NCBI GenBank assembly: GCA_919901745.1
Contig: CAKKPP010000021.1
Location: 2,820-66,819 of the forward strand
Length of the DNA: 64,000 nt
Direction of reading: 5' to 3'
Source of the DNA: Chloroflexota bacterium
GTDB lineage: Bacteria; Chloroflexota; Limnocylindria; Limnocylindrales; CSP1-4
Under the pieces are notes generated by a model. It ran no database searches. It was given only the letters and a program-made list of their open reading frames with translations, and was not told the DNA's origin. Below are positions 18,925 to 28,651 of the stretch, in pieces. Position numbers and translations under genes: made by a program. The stretch's first letter is position 1. Every line of letters begins with the position of its first letter.

Positions 18925-20796
18925 ATGACTGAACATCCACCGAGTCTTGCCACGCCCTATCGCACGCATACCTGCGGCCAGCTCCGGGCCGGCGACATTG
19001 GCGCCGAGGTGCGCCTGTCCGGATGGGTCCATCGCCGCCGGGATCACGGTCAGCTGATCTTCCTGGACCTGCGTGACCGCCACGGGATCACCCAGGTCGT
19101 CGTCGATGGCACCGATTCGCCGGCCGCCCACGACGTCGCCAGCCGGGTGCGCTCCGAATTCGTGGTATCGGTGTCGGGGACCGTGACGGCGCGCCTTGCC
19201 GGCACCGAGAACGCCCGCCTCTCGACGGGAGCGATCGAGCTCCAGACGACGGCTCTCGAGATCCTCAACGAGGCCAGGACGCCGCCCTTCTACATCAACG
19301 ATCCCGACGCCCCGGTCGATGAATCGCTTCGCCTGAAGTACCGCTATCTCGACATCCGCCGGGAGCCCATGCAGCAGCGGCTGCTGCTGCGCAGCCGGCT
19401 CGTCCAGGCGATCCGTCAGGCGCACCACGAGAACGGATTCGTCGAGATCGAGACGCCCACGCTCATCAAGTCGACCCCCGAGGGCGCCCGCGATTTCATC
19501 GTCCCGTCGCGGCTCCAGCCGGGCAGCGTCTACGCACTGCCGCAGAGCCCGCAGCAGCTCAAGCAGATCCTCATGGTCGGTGGCGTCGATCGCTACTTCC
19601 AGATCGCCCGCTGCTATCGAGACGAGGACCTGCGTGGCGATCGGCAGCCCGAGTTCACCCAACTCGACCTCGAGATGAGTTTCGTCGACGAGGCGACCGT
19701 CATGGACTTCGTCGAGCGGATGGCGATCGAGGTCAGCCAGGCCGTCACCCCGGAGCGGCCCCTCCTGGAGGTGCCCTTCCCGCGTTTCACCTACGGCGAG
19801 GTGATGGAGCGTTTCGGGAGCGACAAGCCCGACCTGCGCTTCGGGATGGAGCTGGTGGACCTCGCTCCCGAGATCCCCACGCCCGATGGAGTGCCGGCCT
19901 CGGGGTTCCGCGTGTTCGACGATGCGCTCGCCGGAGGCGGCCGCGTGAAGGCGATCGTCGCGCCCGGCCTGGGCGACGCGCCGCGCAGCCGGATCGACGA
20001 GTTGACCGAGACCGCGAAGCGATTCGGTGCCAGGGGCCTTGCCCACCTCGCGCTGGAAGCGACGGGTTCGGTGAAGGGTCCGATCGTCAAGTTCCTGGGC
20101 GACGATCTCGCCGAGCGCCTGTGCGCGCGGGCGGGGGCCGGCCCGGGCGACCTCGTCCTCATCGTGGCCGACGGCACGGAGGTGACCAACGAGGTCCTCG
20201 GCCGGCTGCGGACCGACCTCGGGGCAAGGCTCGGCCTTGCGGACCCGAACGTCCTGGCGTACTGCTGGGTCCACCGTTTTCCGATGTACAAGTGGGATGT
20301 CGAGGGCGGCCGCTGGGACGCGACGCACAACCCGTTCTCGGGCGTCGTCCCGGAGGACGAGGCGCTGCTGACGACGGTGTCCGGGGATCCGTCGCGACCA
20401 TCGCCGGAGGACCCGGCAGGACGCGCCCGCGCTCTCCAGTACGACCTCGCGCTCAACGGTTGGGAACTGGGCGGCGGCTCCATCCGGATCTGGCGCCGCG
20501 ATCTCCTCGAGCTGAGCTTCGCGCTCCAGGGCTACAGCCTGGAGCGGATGCGCAACATGTTCGGCGCGATGCTCGAGGCGTTCGAGTACGGCGCGCCGCC
20601 GCACGGCGGGATCGCGCTCGGCATCGACCGCTGGGCGGCACTGCTCACGAACCAGGCCACGATCCGCGAGGTCATGGCCTTCCCCAAGACGCAGTCGGGA
20701 ACGGACCTCATGCTCGAGGCACCGTCACCCCCGGACGCAGGTCAATACGCGGACCTGGGCCTTCGCGTCGTCCCCGTCGAGGAACGGAAGGCGTAG
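18925..20796 (+). CDS. aspS: aspartyl-tRNA synthetase
   Basis: YRTHTCG, GWVHRRRDHG, EGARDF, LPQSPQ, CYRDEDLRGDRQPEFTQLD, GGGSIRI, APPHGGIALG. Confidence 0.96.
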   Translation: MTEHPPSLATPYRTHTCGQLRAGDIGAEVRLSGWVHRRRDHGQLIFLDLRDRHGITQVVVDGTDSPAAHDVASRVRSEFVVSVSGTVTARLAGTENARLSTGAIELQTTALEILNEARTPPFYINDPDAPVDESLRLKYRYLDIRREPMQQRLLLRSRLVQAIRQAHHENGFVEIETPTLIKSTPEGARDFIVPSRLQPGSVYALPQSPQQLKQILMVGGVDRYFQIARCYRDEDLRGDRQPEFTQLDLEMSFVDEATVMDFVERMAIEVSQAVTPERPLLEVPFPRFTYGEVMERFGSDKPDLRFGMELVDLAPEIPTPDGVPASGFRVFDDALAGGGRVKAIVAPGLGDAPRSRIDELTETAKRFGARGLAHLALEATGSVKGPIVKFLGDDLAERLCARAGAGPGDLVLIVADGTEVTNEVLGRLRTDLGARLGLADPNVLAYCWVHRFPMYKWDVEGGRWDATHNPFSGVVPEDEALLTTVSGDPSRPSPEDPAGRARALQYDLALNGWELGGGSIRIWRRDLLELSFALQGYSLERMRNMFGAMLEAFEYGAPPHGGIALGIDRWAALLTNQATIREVMAFPKTQSGTDLMLEAPSPPDAGQYADLGLRVVPVEERKA

Positions 20797-21771
20797 GTGT
20801 CAGGGGGGATCGATTCGCCCGTCGGCGAGACGGCGCACCCCCTCCTGGACCGGATCGCGGCGCGACCGCAGCTTGCGGCGCTGGCTGGGGCGATGTTCAT
20901 CGCCTTTTCCGGCATCTTCTATCGGTTCTCCGAGGTCAGCCCGGAAACCGCGACGGTGTTCCGCAGCCTGTACGGCCTGCCGGTCCTGGGGGCCGTCGCG
21001 TGGCTGGAGCGGCGGCGCTTCGGCGGTCTGCCCGGCAGCAGCATCCGCCTCGCTGCCCTCGCCGGCGTCTTCTTTGCGGCCGATCTCCTGTCGTGGCACC
21101 ACGCCATCGAGTTCGTCGGGGCGGGACTTGCCACCGTGCTCGGCAATCTCCAGGTCGTCGTGGTTGCCCTGGTTGCCTGGGTGCTCCTGCGTGAACAGCC
21201 CGCCCGCACGACGCTGTTTGCCCTTCCGGTGGTTGTCGCCGGGGTCGTCCTGATCTCCGGCATCCTCGATCGTGACGCCTACGGCAAGGATCCGCTGCTC
21301 GGTGTCGGCCTCGGGATTCTGACCGCGTTAGCCTACAGTGGCTATCTGATGATCATCCGGCTGGTGGGGCGCGACCTGCGGAGACCTGCGGGGCCCGTGT
21401 TCGTGTCGACCGCCGCGACGGCCGTCGCGGCCGCCGCCTACGGGGCGATCGCCGGCGGCCTCGACCCGCTGCCCGCGTGGCCGTCTCACGGCTGGCTGAT
21501 CCTGGTCGGAGTCACCTCGCAGTCGGTGGGCTACGTGCTGATCTCGATCGGGCTGCCTCGACTACCGTCCGCGGTGACCTCGATCATTCTCCTCGCACAA
21601 CCGGTGGCGACCGTTGTCCTGGCTCGGGTGCTCCTCGCGGAGACCCCGTCGGCGACCCAGATTGTCGGGGTCGGACTCGTGGTCGGTGGGATCGCGATCG
21701 CGACGGTCCCGGTCAGCCGGTTGCGGGACGCCAGCAGGCGGCGCCTGATCCGGGGCGCACCACAGCGCTAG
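20797..21771 (+). CDS. DMT/EamA family transporter
   Basis: About 10 TM segments in two EamA repeats; GAGLATVLGNLQ, QPVAT. Confidence 0.85.
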   Translation: MSGGIDSPVGETAHPLLDRIAARPQLAALAGAMFIAFSGIFYRFSEVSPETATVFRSLYGLPVLGAVAWLERRRFGGLPGSSIRLAALAGVFFAADLLSWHHAIEFVGAGLATVLGNLQVVVVALVAWVLLREQPARTTLFALPVVVAGVVLISGILDRDAYGKDPLLGVGLGILTALAYSGYLMIIRLVGRDLRRPAGPVFVSTAATAVAAAAYGAIAGGLDPLPAWPSHGWLILVGVTSQSVGYVLISIGLPRLPSAVTSIILLAQPVATVVLARVLLAETPSATQIVGVGLVVGGIAIATVPVSRLRDASRRRLIRGAPQR

Positions 21772-22466
21772 TCGTCTGACAGGCGGGCAATGGCAGGGCC
21801 GGGGATCGGGGCGTCGTCGGGTTCGTCGGCAATCGCAGCGCCCCACTCGTGGGCGTGGCCGGAGGCGGGTTTGGCCGGGCCGACATACGGCGGCAGGTTG
21901 GCACGCGGCGTCGAGGCATCGTAGGCGGCCCCCGGATCGCCGACGTCCAGCATCCCGGATGCCACACCCGACGCCACGAGGTCGGCCAGGATGTCGTCCG
22001 GCATCCGATCGGCGGCGATCGCATCGAGCCTTTCGCGATGCGCGACCGGGAGCACGGCCGGCCAGCCGGCCGTGCCGTCGAAGGCCGGACGAAGCACCAA
22101 CGATCGGTTGGCGATGACACCGTGGGCCTCGATGAGTGAGGTGATCGTCTCCGGACTGATCCAGACATAGCGCGCCGGCCACACGATGGCCGCCTCGGTC
22201 TCGTGCACCTCGGCCGCGGCCACGTCCATGCCGCGCGCGACCTGGGCGGCCGGGCCACCTTCGAAGGAAGCCGGCTCCGCGAGCGTGACCGGGGCTCCGG
22301 CAAGGGCCGCGGCCACCCGGCCTTCGGGATCCGGGACCACGACGACGATCGGGATCGCGCCGCCGGACCAGGCCGCGTCGACGATTCGCCGCACGCGCGG
22401 CTGCCCCTCGACGTCGGCGAGGGCCGACTCGGCGGTGGCGGCAAGAATCACGGCGGCGACGGTCAC
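21768..22466 (-). CDS. MobA/MocA-like NTP-transferase fold protein with degenerate nucleotide-binding loop
   Basis: VILAA start, IVVVV, GPAAQVARG, IVWPARY.WI, G..GWPAVL; GTG 22466 preceded by TGcTAGCAT. Confidence 0.62.
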   Translation of the reverse strand: MTVAAVILAATAESALADVEGQPRVRRIVDAAWSGGAIPIVVVVPDPEGRVAAALAGAPVTLAEPASFEGGPAAQVARGMDVAAAEVHETEAAIVWPARYVWISPETITSLIEAHGVIANRSLVLRPAFDGTAGWPAVLPVAHRERLDAIAADRMPDDILADLVASGVASGMLDVGDPGAAYDASTPRANLPPYVGPAKPASGHAHEWGAAIADEPDDAPIPGPAIARLSDD

Positions 22467-22504
22467 TCCGCGCGATGCTAGCAGCCCGACGGCGAGTACC
22501 ATCG

Positions 22505-23350
22505 ATGATCGTGGACGTGGACGAGACGACGGGTGAGACGAGGACCTGGCACTACGGGTTGATCGCCCGTTGGTGGTCCGAGTTCAACCAGGCGGAACCC
22601 GAGGAGCTGGCGTACTACGGCGCGGCGATTCGCCGCTTCGGCGAGCCTGCGCTCGATCTCGGGTGCGGTACGGGGCGGATCCTCCTGCCGCTCGCGGCCG
22701 AGGGCCTCGATGTCGACGGCGTGGACGTGTCGGGCGACATGATCGACCGCGCTCGGACGGCGGCGACCGGTCGTGGGCTGACGCCCGGCCTCTTCATCCA
22801 GGCCGGGCATGACCTCGACCTGGCCCGCCGCTACCGGACCATCTACCTGTGTGGTGTCTTCGGGATCGGCGGGCGCCGCGATCGGGATCGCGAAACCCTC
22901 CATCGCGCATTCGGCCATCTGGAACCGGGCGGCGCCCTCATCATCTGGCACGAGTTCCCCTACGCGGATCAGGGCACCGACCAGTGGGCCCTGTGGCTGG
23001 CCGGGCGGCGCGACGGCCTGCCTCGCGACTGGCGCGAGACCGGAGACCGCCGCCGAGCCGCTGATGGCGACGAGATCGAGTTGATCACGAGGCTCGAGAG
23101 CTTCGACCCGTTCGAACAGCGCCAGGACCTGGAACTCCGGGCCCGCTTGTGGCGCGCGGGCGAGGTGGTGCGCGAAGAGGTCGGCAGACTCAGCGAGAAC
23201 CTGTACTTCGGCCAGGAGATCCTGCTCCTGCTGGAGGAGGCCGGCTTCGCGGAGATCTCGGTCGAGGTTGCCTATACCGGGCAGCCAGCCACGCCCGATG
23301 ACGGGACGGTGGTGTTCATCGCCCGGAAGGCGAAGGCCGGCGGGGCGTGA
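22505..23350 (+). CDS. class I SAM-dependent methyltransferase
   Basis: Motif I LDLGCGTGRIL, GVDVSGDM, HLEPGGAL. Confidence 0.85.
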   Translation: MIVDVDETTGETRTWHYGLIARWWSEFNQAEPEELAYYGAAIRRFGEPALDLGCGTGRILLPLAAEGLDVDGVDVSGDMIDRARTAATGRGLTPGLFIQAGHDLDLARRYRTIYLCGVFGIGGRRDRDRETLHRAFGHLEPGGALIIWHEFPYADQGTDQWALWLAGRRDGLPRDWRETGDRRRAADGDEIELITRLESFDPFEQRQDLELRARLWRAGEVVREEVGRLSENLYFGQEILLLLEEAGFAEISVEVAYTGQPATPDDGTVVFIARKAKAGGA

Positions 23351-23353
23351 GGG

Positions 23354-23386
23354 TGACGGGTCTCTCGTGATGACGGGTCTCTCGTG
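23354..23386. repeat. 16-bp direct repeat (TGACGGGTCTCTCGTG x2, period 17)
   Basis: Exact copies at 23354-23369 and 23371-23386 in the intergenic gap before typA. Confidence 0.85.
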
Positions 23387-23445
23387 CTCGGCGCCCGCGG
23401 CCTCGTCGGCAGGTCCCGGGCGGTCGTGCGACAATCCGCCAGCCC

Positions 23446-25377
23446 ATGAGTGACACGACCCGCTCCGCCATGCCTGTTGAAACCCGTAGCCAGCCGGCGA
23501 CGGCCACGCGCGACGACCTCCGCAACGTCGCCATCGTCGCGCACGTCGACCACGGCAAGACCACGCTCGTCGACGCGATGCTTCGCCAGACCGGGACCTT
23601 CCGCGCGAACGAGGCTGTCGTCGATCGCGTCATGGACTCGGGCGACCTCGAGCGCGAGAAGGGGATCACGATCCTCGCCAAGCAGACCACCGTCGACGTC
23701 GGCGAGGTCCACCTGAACATCGTCGACACGCCGGGTCACGCGGACTTCGGTGGTGAAGTCGAACGCTCCCTGCTCATGGTGGACGCCGTCCTGCTCCTCG
23801 TGGACGCGGCCGAGGGCCCGCTGCCGCAGACCCGCTACGTGCTCCAGAAGGCGATGGCCCGCCACTTGCCGGTCGTCGTCGCGTTGAACAAGATCGATCG
23901 CTCCGATGCCCGGGCGGCGGAGGTCCTCGACGCCGTCTACGAGCTGTTCATGGACCTCGGCGCCGACGAGCACCAGATCGAGTTCCCGGTCGTCTACACG
24001 AATGCGAAAGCCGGAACGGCCACGCGCGATCTCGCCCAGCCTGGTACGGACCTCAAGCCGCTCCTGGATCTCCTCGTGGCCGTGACGCCGGCGCCACGCT
24101 ACCAGCCGGACCACCCACTCCAGCTGCTCGTCACGAACCTCAGCGCCAACGAGTACGTCGGGCGCATGGCCGTCGGACGAATCTGGAATGGGACGATCCG
24201 GCCGGGCCAGCGGATCACCGTCGTGCGCGAGGAGGCGGACGACACGGCCGGGGCCGTGGAGCCGGGCCGCACCGTCACGCTTAGCGGGACCGTGACCAGT
24301 CTCCAGACGGCGCACGGGATCGAGCGGATCGACATCGCCGAAGCGGGCCCGGGCGACATCGTGTCCGTCGCCGGGCTCCCCGAGGTCACCATCGGCGACA
24401 CGATCACGGACCCGTCCGATCCGCGACCACTGCCGCGCCTCGACGTGGACGCGCCGACGCTGCGAATGACGTTCGGCGTGAACACGTCCCCGCTCTCCGG
24501 GCGCGACGGGAAATTCGTGACGAGCCGCCAGATCAAGGCGCGCCTCGAGCGTGAGGTCCTGGGCAATGTCTCGATCGAGGTGTACCCCACGGACTCGGGC
24601 GACACCTACGAGGTCCGCGGACGTGGCGAGCTCCAATTGGCCGTGCTCATCGAGCAGATGCGCCGCGAGGGATTCGAGCTGACGGCGTCCCGCCCGGAGG
24701 TCATCCTGCGCGAGGTGAACGGCGAGGTCCAGGAGCCCTACGAACGGGTGACGATCGACATCCCGCCCGACTACATCGGCGAGGTCCAGAGTGCCCTGGC
24801 GGGTCGCAAGGGCCGCCTCGAGCAGATGTCCACCGATGCCGACGGCCGGGTCCGCCTCGAGTACGTGCTGCCCGTGCGCGGGCTCATCGGGTATCGCGGA
24901 CAGCTGCTCACGGACACCCGCGGGACGGCGCTCCTCCACCAGCTCGGTGAGGGCTACGGGCCGTGGGCGGGCGAGGTCACCCATCGAACCAGCGGGGTCC
25001 TCGTGGCCGACCGCACGGGAACCTCGAATGCCTACGGGCTGTTCAACCTCCAGGATCGGGCGGAGCTGTTTATCGGGTCCGGCGTGGACGTGTACGAGGG
25101 CATGATCGTCGGCGAGAACTCGCGATCGGGCGACATGGACGTCAACGCGACGAAGGAAAAGAAGCTCACCAACATCCGAACCCACTCCCACGACGAGTCG
25201 CTCCGCTTGACGCCGCCGCGGCCGCTCACGCTGGAGAGCGCGCTCGAGTTCATCGCGGCCGACGAGTTGGTCGAGGTCACCCCGCTGGCGATCCGCCTGC
25301 GCAAGCGCCAGCTCCCGCGTCACGAACGGGAACGCGCCCGGAGCCGCGAAGCCGACCTGAGCCGGGCGGCGGAATAG
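23446..25377 (+). CDS. typA: translational GTPase TypA/BipA
   Basis: AHVDHGKTT, RGITI-like KGITIL, DTPGHADFGGEVER, NKID, GRGELQL, KKLTNIR, ELVEVTP. Confidence 0.96.
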   Translation: MSDTTRSAMPVETRSQPATATRDDLRNVAIVAHVDHGKTTLVDAMLRQTGTFRANEAVVDRVMDSGDLEREKGITILAKQTTVDVGEVHLNIVDTPGHADFGGEVERSLLMVDAVLLLVDAAEGPLPQTRYVLQKAMARHLPVVVALNKIDRSDARAAEVLDAVYELFMDLGADEHQIEFPVVYTNAKAGTATRDLAQPGTDLKPLLDLLVAVTPAPRYQPDHPLQLLVTNLSANEYVGRMAVGRIWNGTIRPGQRITVVREEADDTAGAVEPGRTVTLSGTVTSLQTAHGIERIDIAEAGPGDIVSVAGLPEVTIGDTITDPSDPRPLPRLDVDAPTLRMTFGVNTSPLSGRDGKFVTSRQIKARLEREVLGNVSIEVYPTDSGDTYEVRGRGELQLAVLIEQMRREGFELTASRPEVILREVNGEVQEPYERVTIDIPPDYIGEVQSALAGRKGRLEQMSTDADGRVRLEYVLPVRGLIGYRGQLLTDTRGTALLHQLGEGYGPWAGEVTHRTSGVLVADRTGTSNAYGLFNLQDRAELFIGSGVDVYEGMIVGENSRSGDMDVNATKEKKLTNIRTHSHDESLRLTPPRPLTLESALEFIAADELVEVTPLAIRLRKRQLPRHERERARSREADLSRAAE

Positions 25378-25406
25378 GCGTCACGGCGGGCAAGTCCGGC
25401 CACACC

Positions 25407-25597
25407 GTGACTCCGAGTCAACAAACCTGTGCCGAAGCACACGCCGACCGGTCCGATCGTGCGTCTCGGGCGTCCTTTCGCCTCCGTTCGAGGCCGCTTG
25501 GTGACTGCCAGACACACGTACCGACCTGACGGCCGAGATGGCTCGATCCGGCGGCGATCCCCGGAACGCGATCGCCACGGTGTTGACCGGCAGTCAC
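25407..25597 (-). ncRNA. ssrS: candidate 6S RNA (191-nt irregular long hairpin)
   Basis: Terminal arms GTGACT(N4)GTCAACA / TGTTGAC(N4)AGTCAC. Nested stems on the - strand: CGCGUU/GGCGUG, CCGG/CCGG, GAUCG/CGAUC, UCUCGG/CCGAGA, AGGUCG/CGGCCU. GAGCC and CCUCGAAC motifs resemble 6S. Lies between aspS and iscS-mnmA. Confidence 0.5.
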
Positions 25598-25610
25598 GGG
25601 TCACGCGTGC

Positions 25611-25667
25611 TCGTCCGCACCCGCGATCGTCCGCACCCGCGATCGTCCGCACCCGCGATCGTCCGCA
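25611..25667. repeat. 16-bp tandem repeat TCGTCCGCACCCGCGA x3.5
   Basis: Perfect units at 25611, 25627, 25643 and a partial unit at 25659; no spacers. Confidence 0.92.
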
Positions 25668-25704
25668 GGACCCTCCCGGCTCCGGCACTGAGCGGTTCCC
25701 GGCA

Positions 25705-25710
25705 TACAAT
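25705..25710 (+). promoter_or_regulatory. -10 box (TACAAT), leaderless iscS
   Basis: 9 nt before ATG 25720. Confidence 0.55.
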
Positions 25711-25719
25711 CCCGGGACG

Positions 25720-26904
25720 ATGGCCATCTACCTGGATCACGCCGCCACCACGCCGCTGCGCCCCGAGGCGCTCGAGGCGATGCTGCCGTACCTCGGCGCA
25801 GAGTTCGGGAATCCCAGCTCGCCGCACGGGTTTGGGCGCCGTGCCCGGGCGGCCCTCGACGAGGCCCGTGAGCGGGTCGCGGCTCGCCTGAACGCGGAGC
25901 CCCGGGAGCTTGTTCTGACCGCCGGCGGAACGGAGGCGCTCAACCTGGCGATCAAGGGCGCGGCCTGGGCCGGCAAGGCGCGCGGGAACCGGCTCGTGGC
26001 CAGCCGCGTTGAGCACCACGCCGTCGGGCACAGCCTGAGCCACCTCGAGCGGTTCGGATTCGAAGTGGCCGAACTCGCCGTTGATCGCTACGGACGGGTC
26101 GATCCCGATGAGGTCGAGACGGCCATCAACGATCGAACGACGCTGGTCGCCGTCCAGCTGGCCAACAACGAGGTGGGTTCGATCCAGCCTGTCGTTGAGT
26201 TGGGGCGCCGTCTCCGGGATCGGCGCGAGGTCCTGTTCCTCGTCGATGCCGTCGCCGCCGCGCCGTACCTGCCGCTCGATGTCGACGCGCTCGGCTGCGA
26301 CCTGCTGGCCATCGCAGCTCACAAGTTCGAGGGGCCCAAGGGTGCCGGCGCGCTCTACCTCCGGCGCGGGACGCACATCCTTGCGCAGGAGCACGGTGGG
26401 GCGCAGGAGCGCTTTCGGCGCGCCGGGACGGAGGATGTTGCGGCGGCCGTCGGGATGGCCAGTGCGTTCGATCTTGCCGTCGAGGAACGCGATGCGACGG
26501 CGAAGAGGCTCCGGCGCCAGCGTGAGCGTCTGTGGAACGCGCTGCGCGCCGTGGACGGCGTGGAGCTGACCGGCCACGTCAAGGATCGGCTACCGGGCCT
26601 GCTCAGCGTGATCGTCCGCGAGGCCGATGGCGCGGCGATCGTCATGGCGCTCGACCTCGCCGGCGTGGCCGCGTCCGTGGGCTCCGCCTGCACGACGGGG
26701 TCCACCGAACCATCGCACGTCCTGAGCGCCATGGGCTACCCGGACGATGAGGCGCGCGGCTCGCTGCGGCTCTCGCTGGGGCGAACGACAACCGACGAGC
26801 AGGTGGACGAGGCGGCGACGATCATCGTCGACGTGCTGGGCCGCGAGCGGGCGGCCGCTGCCGCGCTCTCGGCAGATCCGCTGGGCCTGGGGGTGACGGC
26901 ATGA
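25720..26904 (+). CDS. iscS: cysteine desulfurase (IscS/NifS family)
   Basis: [38 protein letters not shown] (PLP Lys), SVGSACT (catalytic Cys); upstream of mnmA. Confidence 0.92.
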   Translation: MAIYLDHAATTPLRPEALEAMLPYLGAEFGNPSSPHGFGRRARAALDEARERVAARLNAEPRELVLTAGGTEALNLAIKGAAWAGKARGNRLVASRVEHHAVGHSLSHLERFGFEVAELAVDRYGRVDPDEVETAINDRTTLVAVQLANNEVGSIQPVVELGRRLRDRREVLFLVDAVAAAPYLPLDVDALGCDLLAIAAHKFEGPKGAGALYLRRGTHILAQEHGGAQERFRRAGTEDVAAAVGMASAFDLAVEERDATAKRLRRQRERLWNALRAVDGVELTGHVKDRLPGLLSVIVREADGAAIVMALDLAGVAASVGSACTTGSTEPSHVLSAMGYPDDEARGSLRLSLGRTTTDEQVDEAATIIVDVLGRERAAAAALSADPLGLGVTA

Positions 26905-26938
26905 GGGCCGGGTGGCCCGGCCGCGCAGAGGTCGCGTC

Positions 26939-28105
26939 ATGAGCCGGATCCTCGTCGCGATGTCCGGTGGGGTGGACTCGTCCGTGGCGGCCGCACTGCT
27001 CTACGAGCAGGGGCACGAGGTGGTCGGGGTGTGGATGCGCCTGCACGACGGCGCGGACGCGGTCTCGGAATCATCGAAGAGCTGCTGCACGCTGGACGCG
27101 GCCGATGATGCGCGTCGCGTCGCCGGGCAGCTCGGGATCCCGTTCTACGTCATGAACCTCGAGCGTGAGTTCGATGCCGGCGTGCTGCGTCCCTTCCTCG
27201 ACGCCTACCTCTCCGGTGAGACGCCGAGCCCCTGCATCGATTGCAACACCTACGTGAAGTTCGGGGCGCTCCTCGGACGGGCGCGCCATCGCTACGACTG
27301 CGAGGCCGTCGCGACCGGCCACTATGCCCGCCGCGACATCGGACCGGACGGCCGCGCGCGTCTCCTCCGCGCCCGCGACGCGGACAAGGACCAGACCTAC
27401 TTCCTGTACGGGCTGCGCCAGGATCAGGTTGCCGACGCGCGCTTCCCGCTCGGTGAGCTGACCAAGACAGAGGTTCGTGACGTTGCGCGCGGCCTGGGTC
27501 TCGCGACGGCCGAGAAGCCGGAGAGCCAGGAGATCTGCTTCGTGCCCGGCGGCGACTATCGCGAAGCGCTCCGTGAGCGCGCGGGGTGGGATCCGGAGCC
27601 GGGTCCGATCGTCGACGCGGACGGGACCACGGTGGGAGAGCATGGTGGTTCGGCCGGCTTTACGGTGGGCCAGCGAAAGGGCCTCGGCGTCGCCCTCGGG
27701 GCCCCCCGATTCGTGTCGCGGATCGATCCGCTGACGAACACCATCCAGCTCGGCCGCCGTGAGGACCTCGAGACGACGACGATCGAACTGGAAGGCGTCA
27801 CGTTTGTCGACGACGCTCCACCGAGCGCGGCCGCCAGGAGTCCCGAAGGCGGCTTCGACGCCAGCGTCCGCATCCGCCATCGCGCCGGCCTCGTTCCGGC
27901 GACGATCAGTCCGATGACCTCGACCGAGCCGGCCCGTGGCGGGCGATGGATCGTCGAGACCGAGACGCCGGTGTGGGCGGCCTCACCGGGTCAGGCCGCT
28001 GTCCTGTACGACGGCGATGTCGTCCTGGGTGGCGGTCGGATCGCGCGACCCGCACTGGCCGCGGAACCCCACGGTTCGGGTCATCCGGCCGCGGCGGTCG
28101 CTTGA
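26939..28105 (+). CDS. mnmA: tRNA 2-thiouridylase MnmA
   Basis: [61 protein letters not shown]. Confidence 0.95.
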   Translation: MSRILVAMSGGVDSSVAAALLYEQGHEVVGVWMRLHDGADAVSESSKSCCTLDAADDARRVAGQLGIPFYVMNLEREFDAGVLRPFLDAYLSGETPSPCIDCNTYVKFGALLGRARHRYDCEAVATGHYARRDIGPDGRARLLRARDADKDQTYFLYGLRQDQVADARFPLGELTKTEVRDVARGLGLATAEKPESQEICFVPGGDYREALRERAGWDPEPGPIVDADGTTVGEHGGSAGFTVGQRKGLGVALGAPRFVSRIDPLTNTIQLGRREDLETTTIELEGVTFVDDAPPSAAARSPEGGFDASVRIRHRAGLVPATISPMTSTEPARGGRWIVETETPVWAASPGQAAVLYDGDVVLGGGRIARPALAAEPHGSGHPAAAVA

Positions 28106-28380
28106 GCCTGGGGACCGCGCCCGTCCTCGCGCTCCTCGTCGGATCGTTTCACGCGTTCCTGTTCGTTCTCATTCGCGGCTCGGCCGGTGGCCGCCTCCCG
28201 CTGATCATCGGCGCCGCTTTTCTTGGTGCCTGGGCCGGCGATGCCCTCGGCGCTCGCCTCGAGATCGACCTGTTCCGGATCGGCGACTTCCGCGTGGCCG
28301 TCGCATCGGTGATGGCCTGGGTCGGCATCGGACTCGTCTCGCTGATCGCGATCCTCGGTCCGAACCGACCGAAGGCGTAA
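28102..28380 (+). CDS. small integral membrane protein (possibly GlsB/YeaQ-like)
   Basis: TTG overlapping the mnmA stop; three hydrophobic segments; [10 protein letters not shown]. Confidence 0.6.
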   Translation: MSLGTAPVLALLVGSFHAFLFVLIRGSAGGRLPLIIGAAFLGAWAGDALGARLEIDLFRIGDFRVAVASVMAWVGIGLVSLIAILGPNRPKA

Positions 28381-28405
28381 GCGCGGCGGCGCTACAGTAG
28401 CTGCG

Positions 28406-28651
28406 ATGCGGCCGCTCGACACGTCACCCGAGGCTTTTGCTGGCCAGTTCGAGGCGTTTCGGAGGATGACGCCACAGCAGCGCGTCATGGCGGCCGCCGA
28501 GATGACCGACGATGTCAGAGCACTCGTCGAAGCGGGCATTCGGCACCGGCATCCGGACTTCAATGATGAGGCTGTTCGGCGAGCGTTCGTCGACGCTCTC
28601 CTGGGAGCGGACGTGGCCGAGAAGGTCCGCGAACGAACAGCCCGGGGATGA
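28406..28651 (+). CDS. putative antitoxin (small helical, Rv0078B/MenA1-like)
   Basis: DTSPEA...RRMTPQQR...AGIRHRHPD; ATGA overlap with the downstream nucleotidyltransferase; TACAGT -10 box at 28393. Confidence 0.6.
   Translation: MRPLDTSPEAFAGQFEAFRRMTPQQRVMAAAEMTDDVRALVEAGIRHRHPDFNDEAVRRAFVDALLGADVAEKVRERTARG

Noticed and set aside
25611-25667. CRISPR array
   Set aside because: Units are 16 bp and contiguous with no spacers; no cas genes in the window.
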